Source: Nitrososphaera sp. (GTDB lineage Archaea > Thermoproteota > Nitrososphaeria > Nitrososphaerales > Nitrososphaeraceae). From it: a DNA stretch of 64,000 nucleotides. The DNA lies in NCBI RefSeq assembly GCF_013388945.1, contig NZ_JACAEH010000012.1:5303-69302 (forward strand). Direction: 5' to 3'. The notes beneath the pieces are model-generated. The model searched no databases. It was given only the letters and a program-made list of their open reading frames with translations, and was not told the DNA's origin. Each line of letters begins with the position of its first letter. Positions within the stretch are counted from its first letter, which is position 1. Positions 1-6,824 of this stretch are shown in pieces. A program made the position numbers and the translations under genes.

Positions 1-533
1 TCCAAAATAGCTATGATGTCTTGTAGTAGCTAATACATGTGGAACAGTACCATCAAAAATAACGCGAATAGAAAATTGGATGTACAATGCAGAATGTAAA
101 GGACAGACTGCAGATAGAAAATATGGAAGCAGCATCACAGAGTCACGGCAGATATCAATCGTAAACAAACGGCAGAATCTTAGCATACAACGTAGTTGAG
201 CAGATAGAAAATGTATGATAAGGTAAAAGAAAATTGGACATGAAAATTGATAATGCGGGGAGATTTTGTTGGCACCAACAGCAACTATTTTTTGCATTGC
301 AGGTACATGCAGCATCTTTGCCATCTGGCCGCAGAACTGTAAGCAGTGTCTGAAAGCACATTAGCAATGCTCTGCGGCGGCAAATATTCTTCTTCCTATC
401 ATTTTGGTGATCCATCGGGTTACAGGTTTGATAACATCTGACGTGTCACCTTGTCAGGTGTATCAAGTCGGGACGACGATGGTTGTTCTTCACGTTATTT
501 TCCACCGCTGGCTGGTTGTTCCTTGAACCTTGT

Positions 534-905
534 GGTACCGTTTGAACTTGTTTGGTGCCATCGCGGGTATTGTACATCCCGCTGAAAGTTGGTACCAGTG
601 GTACCAAATTTGGTGGCTGTATCGCTCAAGATGATACCAGTGGTATCACATATCCGTGCTCTGGTACCAAATACTGTCTTCTGACAGCCCTATTTTGATA
701 CCCCTGGTATCAAAATTTGGCACCAGATGGTACCAGCCTGCAGGAGTGGCACCACTGGTGCCAGTCGAAAATCCGTTACTTATATATCATGTATTTAAGT
801 TCTTTGATGCCCGGGGCAGCAAAACTGCGCTGCTTCATAGAGAAAAGATATTTCAAAGTAGGTTGGTGCTATACTGCACCGCATTCTTCTGGTACCACGG
901 TACCA
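534..905. repeat. Cluster of about 15 GGYRYCA heptamers, mostly arranged as 14-16 bp palindromes (GRYACCA-N-TGGTRYC)
   Basis: Perfect palindromes at 591-605 (GGTACCAGTGGTACC), 633-647 (GATACCAGTGGTATC) and 748-762 (GGCACCACTGGTGCC). Related sites at 697-711, 719-734 and 891-904. Single half-sites at 534, 554 and 663. Confidence 0.8.
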
Positions 906-1287
906 ACAGGGTTTTTGTGTCCTGACGGACAACAACGGTCGTTTTGATTTTTTAGTTTATGCTACACTATAACATACGTCGTAAATATTTAAGGCGGAAA
1001 TCGAGGGCCAGTCTCGACAGCCAAACATTCGGCAACTGTCTTACCCAGCTCGCTTTCCTTGCATTTATGTTCTTTGGTGCGTCACGCACCACAGTGTATT
1101 TCCCAAACAAATCCTATCCAAGACGCTGGTTCAGGAGCGGCCCTCTTGTTCTCCAGTATCTGCAGACCCTCCGTCCTGTCATCCCGGACAGATGGTAGTC
1201 TGGTCCTGATTTGCGCTACATTATGATGCATTCCAGATATTTAAGGCACAAAAAATCACATCAAATATTACGTAGTAAATTCAGACA

Positions 1288-1704
1288 GTGTTTCCATTCC
1301 AGGAATTTACGGCTTTTAGGAATTCAGCGCCTCATTTGGCAATGAATCCAAGATTGGAACGCAACGGCACTTCAGTACTCCAAAAAGAGTTAGAAAGGCT
1401 AAAAGCCAGATCAGGAATAAAGGCTGACTTTAGAGTCGTCTGGCTGCCAAAGGCAGACTCCAAGAAGGATGGCGAAGTTGTTGGCGATAACATATTCATC
1501 TATTCATTAGAGGTCGATGAAGCGCTGCAGACGTTAAGACATGAATTTGTTGACGCTATTGTGAGCAGTGCTGTCGAGCCTTATCTGAAAATCGTTAACG
1601 TGTTTTTGTCAGCAATATCCGAAGATGCCTACAAAAAGAAGGAAGGGGTTGTAGAGACGTTACTTAAACTGCTAGCTGATGATGACAGCAGACCTTCTTC
1701 CTGA
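1288..1704 (+). CDS. Hypothetical protein of the integrated element
   Basis: 138-codon ORF, about 40 nt downstream of an ATATTTAAGGC TATA-like box. No recognisable motif. Its 3' end overlaps the integrase 3' end (convergent). Confidence 0.4.
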   Translation: MFPFQEFTAFRNSAPHLAMNPRLERNGTSVLQKELERLKARSGIKADFRVVWLPKADSKKDGEVVGDNIFIYSLEVDEALQTLRHEFVDAIVSSAVEPYLKIVNVFLSAISEDAYKKKEGVVETLLKLLADDDSRPSS

Positions 1705-3166
1705 CAAGAACTTTGCCGCTCCTCAGCTCTTTCACTATATCCCATCCACTTTGGACACAGGCGACAAGCTCTTCTTCGCCTGCCACCAGTCTGCTCTCGT
1801 ACTTTTCGTCAACTGATTCCCTTGCCCTTGCAATCGCGTCTTTTATCGCAGACATTTCATCTTCGATGCCAAGTGGCTTGTTTTCGTCTGTGGTTCTTTC
1901 TGTCACCCTTTGCTTTTCTATCTTTATCTTCATCGGGTCTATACCGTACAGCTTGGCCTGCTCCCTCCACATTTCTAGCAGCAGCTGTTTTCTGTCCTGT
2001 TCTTGGACCTCTGCGGCCGTGCTCAAAAACGGTTCTGATTCCCTGAAGGCTCTTCTCATGTCTGTCAACAGCTCGTCAGATAATCTTCCCTTGTTTGTCG
2101 TGTACCTTGCCTCGATGTCCCCCTTGTGCCCCATGAAGAACTGTCTGTACGCGTGTGCAATCTTGCCCTGGCTCTCTGCCAAAAGCAGCTGGGTGTCAAA
2201 GTACGCCCTCAGAACGTAAGGTCTGGCCTTGATTACCGCCAACATAGCTTCTCTGATCTCTTTTGTGATTGCCGGCGTTGTAACGAATTTCTTTCCAGCA
2301 TCCTTGTTCTTTCCCTTCATCAGATACCCCTGGCTTACAGTTATCACAGCCGAACTTTCGTTGATGGCTTCGCCTGCTGCAATTCTCTTGTCAAGGTATG
2401 CAGCCAGATATTCACATCCTTCGCTTGTAAGGAACGTAAAGTACCTGTGCCTTGCCTTGCTCAGAGATGACCTTACGATTACCATCGCCGGCACAGTCTG
2501 AAACACAGCTTTTCCGTCGACTATCTTCAAGTCTGGAATATCTCCAAGAGTCAGCCCGTCGGAAGCAGACGCACTTCCCAGAACCTGCGGCCTCAACCCT
2601 GCAAATGCAATCAAGCCTGCGCTTGTCCTTGCTCTTATCGAAGCATGATTCAGTATGGCTTTCAGCTCTTCCCTTGTGGGCACCCTTTCGTCCTGCAAGG
2701 TGACTGCCATGTCTGCATTTGCCACCTTGATTTTTCGCTTCAGCTCGACATAGTTGTACGAAAGCCATGACTTGACTGCTTTTAGAACACCCTTGATATA
2801 CGATGGCGCATACCCTTGTGTTTCAAGCTGCTGGACGTGGTCATGCAGCATGTCTTCGACCTGTTTTGCGTTAGCTGTTCCGATGGCGACGAGCTTCTTT
2901 GGCGTCGTGCGTCTTTGCTCACAAAACAGCCTCAATCTTCTCAAATATACATCAGCGTTCAGCTTGCTGCTTCTGCACAGGTTTTCGTACCATCGTCTAA
3001 CATCATCGTCCTTCAAAAGATCCTTGCTTCTTTTCTTCTTGTAACTTTTGTTTCCTCGTATTCCCTCCGCTAATTTCGTGTTTTCTGTGCTTTTAATACG
3101 GGGACTCGATAAGTGGAGTAAGCGGGCCCGGTGGGCTTCGATCCCACGACTTCCGGCTGTCTTCAA
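1664..3166 (-). CDS. int: Tyrosine recombinase / phage-type integrase; start uncertain (TTG at 3166 lies inside the tRNA, no ATG for ~100 codons)
   Basis: Catalytic signature is present: GLRPQ (Arg I), HAYRQFF (HxxR), GHKGDIEARY (His/Tyr). An N-terminal SAM-like core-binding region is present. About 150 aa extend beyond the catalytic Tyr. The gene is adjacent to, and overlaps, the tRNA 3' half. Confidence 0.85.
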   Translation of the reverse strand: MKTAGSRGIEAHRARLLHLSSPRIKSTENTKLAEGIRGNKSYKKKRSKDLLKDDDVRRWYENLCRSSKLNADVYLRRLRLFCEQRRTTPKKLVAIGTANAKQVEDMLHDHVQQLETQGYAPSYIKGVLKAVKSWLSYNYVELKRKIKVANADMAVTLQDERVPTREELKAILNHASIRARTSAGLIAFAGLRPQVLGSASASDGLTLGDIPDLKIVDGKAVFQTVPAMVIVRSSLSKARHRYFTFLTSEGCEYLAAYLDKRIAAGEAINESSAVITVSQGYLMKGKNKDAGKKFVTTPAITKEIREAMLAVIKARPYVLRAYFDTQLLLAESQGKIAHAYRQFFMGHKGDIEARYTTNKGRLSDELLTDMRRAFRESEPFLSTAAEVQEQDRKQLLLEMWREQAKLYGIDPMKIKIEKQRVTERTTDENKPLGIEDEMSAIKDAIARARESVDEKYESRLVAGEEELVACVQSGWDIVKELRSGKVLVRKKVCCHHQLAV

Positions 3167-3212
3167 CAGAATTTAGAAGGCAGGCGCTCTATCCATGCTG
3201 AGCTACGAGCCC
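3123..3212 (-). tRNA. tRNA-Arg(TCT) with a 15-nt canonical (37/38) intron
   Basis: The reverse complement folds as follows: acceptor GGGCTCG/CGGGCCC, U8A9, D-arm GCTC-AGCATGGATA-GAGC, anticodon stem CCTGC/GCCGG (one U-C mismatch). The loop is CTTCTA..A, interrupted by AATTCTGTTGAAGAC, which pairs CTTC/GAAG. Variable loop AAGTC, T-arm GTGGG-ATCGAAG-CCCAC. Confidence 0.7.
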
Positions 3213-3468
3213 GCAGCCAACGCTGGCATGAACCGTCGGGGCAATTCCTTTATAAAATGTTTTTTTAGATCCGCCGCGCATGTTTTATCCTACGCCGTCA
3301 CCCCGGCTGACACGTCTGCAATTCTGCAATTGTGGAAGGTACGGTTTTTACAGCTTATAGTATAAAATTTACATAACAATCTATGGTATTATGCGTTTTC
3401 TCTATAGAGAAACTATAATAGTTTGGCAGTGGAGTTCTAGGTTAGTCAATAATAGAAGGTATCTAGCT

Positions 3469-4038
3469 ATGCAAGAAAAGACCGATAACAACGCGCCTGC
3501 CGGCATGACGCCGGATCAGGCAACCAAGATGTTTGATGTATGGACAGAAGTCCTGAAACTCCCCACGATAGGTCCTATGTACGCCTTTTCCAAGGATTTC
3601 GCTTCTTACGCCGACGAGTTTGCAAGACTGGGCAAGATAATGGCAGAGATGAAGGGCCACCTTGACGCATACTGGGGGCTTGTAAGCACTGCCTACGCCA
3701 AGGCCGCAAAGGACACGGCTGAAAAATCTCCAAAGCAGTTTGCGACAAAGGAAGACTTTGACAACTACCGCAAGGCAGTGATAGAGTCTTTTGAAGACGC
3801 GTTCACCGGCCTGTTTGCGTCGCCCGAGTTTTCGTCAGTCTACGGCAAGGTGTTCAGCAGCCAGATGGACATGTCAAAGGCGATGCAGGCAATCACCGAG
3901 AAGAACTTCAAGGCGCTGAACCTGCCGACCAGAAGCGAGGTCGACGAGATACTGAAGGACGTGCACGAGCTGAAGAGGGCGGTAAGGGATCTGAAAAAGG
4001 GCATGGAGGCTTCGAAGGATGACGCAGCAAGAGTTTAA
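3469..4038 (+). CDS. phaE: PHA synthase class III subunit PhaE
   Basis: Lies immediately upstream of phaC and overlaps it by 20 nt. Helical protein with an LPTIGPMYAF motif resembling the PhaE box. Start chosen at ATG 3469 rather than the upstream ORF-track start. Confidence 0.65.
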   Translation: MQEKTDNNAPAGMTPDQATKMFDVWTEVLKLPTIGPMYAFSKDFASYADEFARLGKIMAEMKGHLDAYWGLVSTAYAKAAKDTAEKSPKQFATKEDFDNYRKAVIESFEDAFTGLFASPEFSSVYGKVFSSQMDMSKAMQAITEKNFKALNLPTRSEVDEILKDVHELKRAVRDLKKGMEASKDDAARV

Positions 4039-5137
4039 GCCTGAAAAAGCAGAGCAGCCTGCCGCTCCGGCTGAAAAGAAGGACAAGCCTGCAAACGACC
4101 TTGCGCGCGACCTCGAAGAGAACTACCGCAAGCTGGAAAAGGCGCGCTATGTCCTGCACACCGCCGGCAAGGTCGAGGTCGGGCAGACCCCGCACGAGGT
4201 GATAGCGGAGACCAGGACATACAGATTGCTGCACTACAGGCCGCTTGTGGGCAAGACCGCAAGGACTCCTATCCTCACAGTCTACGCGCTGATAAACAAG
4301 TCCTACGTGCTTGACCTGCAGCCCGACAAGAGCTGGATAAAGAGCCTGCTTGAGCAGGGCTTTGACGTCTACCTTGTGGACTGGAAGGACCCGACTAGCG
4401 TTGACAAGTACGTCTCGTTTGACGACTATGTCAATATCTACCTTGACGACTGCGTCGACACGGTCCTGAAAAAGAACAAGGTCGACAGGCTGACGCTTCA
4501 CGGCTACTGCATGGGCGCAAGCATGTCAATCATGTATACAGCACTCCACCAGGAAAAAGTGCGCAATCTGGCAGTCATTGCGCCGGTCATTGACACAGAG
4601 CGCGACTCTACTGTCATTGGCAACATGGCAAAGAACATGGACGTGGTAAAGATGCGCGACACGATTGGCAACCTGCCGCCGGAGCAGCTGTATGCGTGCT
4701 ATGCCGCGCTCAAGCCGTTCAAGCAGGGAGTTGCAAAGTATTTCAATCTGGTCCAGAACATCGACAACGAGTCGTTTGTGGGCAACTTTTTGCGCATAGA
4801 AAAGTGGCTCTACGACACGCCGCAGATTGCAGGCGAGACATTCAGGCAGTGGATTTCAGACATTTACCAGAAGAACCTGCTTGCCAAGAACGAGTTCATG
4901 CTGGGCGACCTTGTAGTCGACCTGTCAAAGATAACGGTGCCCCTGCTCAACCTCGTCGCAGACGAGGACCACCTCGTGTCGCCTGACTGCAGCACGCCGC
5001 TCAACGACATGGTATCAAGCCAGGACAAGCGCCTGATGAGGTTCCACACGGGCCACGTCGGGCTCATTGCAAGCTCGTATTCGCAAAACAACGTTCTGCC
5101 AAAAGTCGGCCAGTGGCTCAAGGCGCGCTCTGACTGA
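4019..5137 (+). CDS. phaC: Poly(3-hydroxyalkanoate) synthase class III catalytic subunit PhaC
   Basis: Alpha/beta-hydrolase with lipase-box-like HGYCMGAS (catalytic Cys). Length of 372 aa is typical of class III PhaC. Paired with phaE. Confidence 0.9.
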   Translation: MTQQEFKPEKAEQPAAPAEKKDKPANDLARDLEENYRKLEKARYVLHTAGKVEVGQTPHEVIAETRTYRLLHYRPLVGKTARTPILTVYALINKSYVLDLQPDKSWIKSLLEQGFDVYLVDWKDPTSVDKYVSFDDYVNIYLDDCVDTVLKKNKVDRLTLHGYCMGASMSIMYTALHQEKVRNLAVIAPVIDTERDSTVIGNMAKNMDVVKMRDTIGNLPPEQLYACYAALKPFKQGVAKYFNLVQNIDNESFVGNFLRIEKWLYDTPQIAGETFRQWISDIYQKNLLAKNEFMLGDLVVDLSKITVPLLNLVADEDHLVSPDCSTPLNDMVSSQDKRLMRFHTGHVGLIASSYSQNNVLPKVGQWLKARSD

Positions 5138-5179
5138 CAGCCCTTTTATACTATGGCGGCCTAGTGTAGACGCTGCCCG

Positions 5180-5290
5180 ATGGAATCAAAGAAGCAGGGC
5201 GTCTGCCAGTTTTGCGGCGAGCAGTTTGACAGCGACGAGATGCTTGCGATGCACGTGCAGCATGAGCATCTTGACAAGAACGAAGACTAG
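5180..5290 (+). CDS. Small C2H2 zinc-finger protein (36 aa), not in the ORF track
   Basis: ATG..TAG ORF: MESKKQGVCQFCGEQFDSDEMLAMHVQHEHLDKNED. It has a classical C-x2-C-x12-H-x3/5-H spacing. Codon usage resembles neighbouring genes. Confidence 0.5.
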   Translation: MESKKQGVCQFCGEQFDSDEMLAMHVQHEHLDKNED

Positions 5291-5670
5291 AGGACCAGGT
5301 TTTCGAGTTCAGGGATTATCTTGTTGATGATTATCGGCTCGTGGTCTACGTCAAGGTCGAAAGAGACCATAAAGATGTGCGTTATCTTGGAAGAGTTGCG
5401 CAGTGGTATCGTGACCCTCTTGACCTTTCTGTACATCGTAAAGGCGTAGACGGTCTCGCCGATCTTTTGCTCAAGCGTTGCGCGCGTGCCCATCCTGATG
5501 AACGACTGCAGCACCGAGACTTCAGTCTCCTGCGGCGTGAGCAGTGGAACTATACCTTTTCGGTAGGCGTGGGCTATCAGCTTGCCTTCCCTGTTGGCGA
5601 CGCCGACAAACCGTATGCCCCTGTCCAGCTTCAGTACGCTGGCGCAAAAGTCGTTAACCGTCAGCTGCAT
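5287..5670 (-). CDS. Conserved hypothetical protein (possible Roadblock/LC7-like small alpha/beta fold)
   Basis: 127-codon ORF with host-like codon usage. No catalytic motif recognised; the fold suggestion is only an impression. Confidence 0.55.
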   Translation of the reverse strand: MQLTVNDFCASVLKLDRGIRFVGVANREGKLIAHAYRKGIVPLLTPQETEVSVLQSFIRMGTRATLEQKIGETVYAFTMYRKVKRVTIPLRNSSKITHIFMVSFDLDVDHEPIIINKIIPELENLVL

Positions 5671-5808
5671 ACCTGATGGTGGAAAACGGCGTCAGAATTA
5701 AAGATTTTGGGTGTATTTCCTGTGACCAGAAAAGAAATGTCGTTATTCTCAAATGAACGGGTAATTAACTTCCGGGCACAGCTACCTTTTCGGCACGTTC
5801 ATGCGCGT

Positions 5809-5920
5809 TTCCAGTGGAAAAAATGACGCAGCGCCGCATTTTACGCTCAAAAAATGATACAATATTTTTCCAGCGGAAATGGTGCACCATGCACCATTTT
5901 AAGCACAAGAAAATGGTGCA
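5809..5920. other. ORB-like motifs and AAATGGTGCA repeats in an AT-rich non-coding island (candidate Orc1/Cdc6-binding or replication-origin-like region)
   Basis: TTCCAGTGGAAA at 5809-5820 and TTCCAGCGGAAA at 5868-5879. AAATGGTGCA at 5877-5886 and 5911-5920, with its inverted copy at 5890-5899. The surrounding A/T runs have no credible ORF. Confidence 0.35.
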
Positions 5921-6154
5921 ATTTTTTGGATACAGGGTGATGTGCGTTGTCAGGCTGCTAATGGATAATTAACCGAGAAAGCTAGGCTTTCCGAGCCTTC
6001 TCTTCCACACGAGAAGGGCTGCATCAAGTTCAGACAGAAAGCATGGCTTGAGAGGCAGGAATGGAAGGAGATAAACGGCATCTTGAGAGCGAATGGGTTT
6101 GCGTGGTTGGCAAACGGGAAAGACAGCTGTTGGATCAGGATGCAGAGCTAAGTA

Positions 6155-6646
6155 TCAAGGCATATAGCTCCTAAAAATAGCCCAATCGTTCCGCCACTTT
6201 TTTTCTAGTCTGGTAGGGTACTTCCATTTTCTGTTCAGACCGCTTTCTTCATCAGGAGCAAATCTGCGTTCTTTGATATTTTTGTTGGAAGGTCTGAGGT
6301 TGACACAAGCGTATCCGACATCTTTTCTTCGTGCGATCCAATAGACAGGACTCTCATTCTTTTTAGCAGAACCAAGCCATACAAACACGACAAATTCATT
6401 GTCCTTAGCGGATACCCATTTTTCATGTTCTTCCTTTAGTAGAAAAGTATCAGCTCTATCAGGATGGCAGGATTTAACCTGCACGTAACCTAATGCTTTC
6501 CCATTTCTTCCGCCAATTATAAGATCGTCACCAGAGAAGTTCTCTGGCAAGAGCGCATTTGGAATACCTCTCTTCGATAATTCTGCAGCAACATACAACT
6601 CACCGGCATGGCCCCCTAGTTTCTTAACCCACTGCGGCGTTCTCAA
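6155..6646 (-). CDS. Hypothetical protein, PD-(D/E)xK nuclease-like (Hjc/restriction-endonuclease-like core)
   Basis: Motif order GELYVAAE ... GDDLII ... YVQVKS fits E / D / (E/Q)xK of PD-(D/E)xK nucleases. The gene is clearly AT-richer than its neighbours. Confidence 0.5.
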   Translation of the reverse strand: MRTPQWVKKLGGHAGELYVAAELSKRGIPNALLPENFSGDDLIIGGRNGKALGYVQVKSCHPDRADTFLLKEEHEKWVSAKDNEFVVFVWLGSAKKNESPVYWIARRKDVGYACVNLRPSNKNIKERRFAPDEESGLNRKWKYPTRLEKKWRNDWAIFRSYMP

Positions 6647-6824
6647 TTGTGCAGTAGATAGACTCTATTCTGATAAAGTTATTGGACTTCCATCCTCCCA
6701 AGTTACCACTCCATCCCCCGAAATTAACAGCCTGCTTGGAAACCGAAAATCCGCTCAAGAATTACCAGTGTACTCACACAGGGTTTAAATTACATTTCAG
6801 GACTGTTAGGCTTGCCTAACATTT

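Larger units (their letters stand above)
1..3166. mobile_element. Partial integrated mobile element (integrative plasmid or provirus remnant) at tRNA-Arg; left boundary lies outside the window
   Basis: A tyrosine recombinase gene reads out of the 3' half of tRNA-Arg. It is followed by ~1.6 kb of visibly AT-richer DNA with dense repeats and palindromes and only one convincing ORF. Genes to the right of the tRNA are GC-rich and tightly packed. Confidence 0.5.

Noticed and set aside
155-415. Cys-rich 86-aa minus-strand ORF in the AT-rich element DNA
   Set aside because: No recognisable domain. It lies in repeat-rich AT-rich DNA, and its Cys pattern is irregular. I cannot support it as a gene.
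656-947. Two overlapping plus-strand ORFs (656..925, 717..947) inside the palindrome array
   Set aside because: Their sequences are dominated by WYQ/GT repeats, which are translations of the GGTACCA motif. They overlap each other in different frames and have no motif or plausible start context. I treat them as artefacts of the repeat.
5969-6150. Stop-to-stop frame encoding ..KGCIKFRQKAWLERQEWKEINGILRANGFAWLANGKDSCWIRMQS
   Set aside because: It looks protein-like, but there is no ATG, GTG or TTG before the last third of the frame. At best it is a pseudogene remnant, so it is not reported as a feature.
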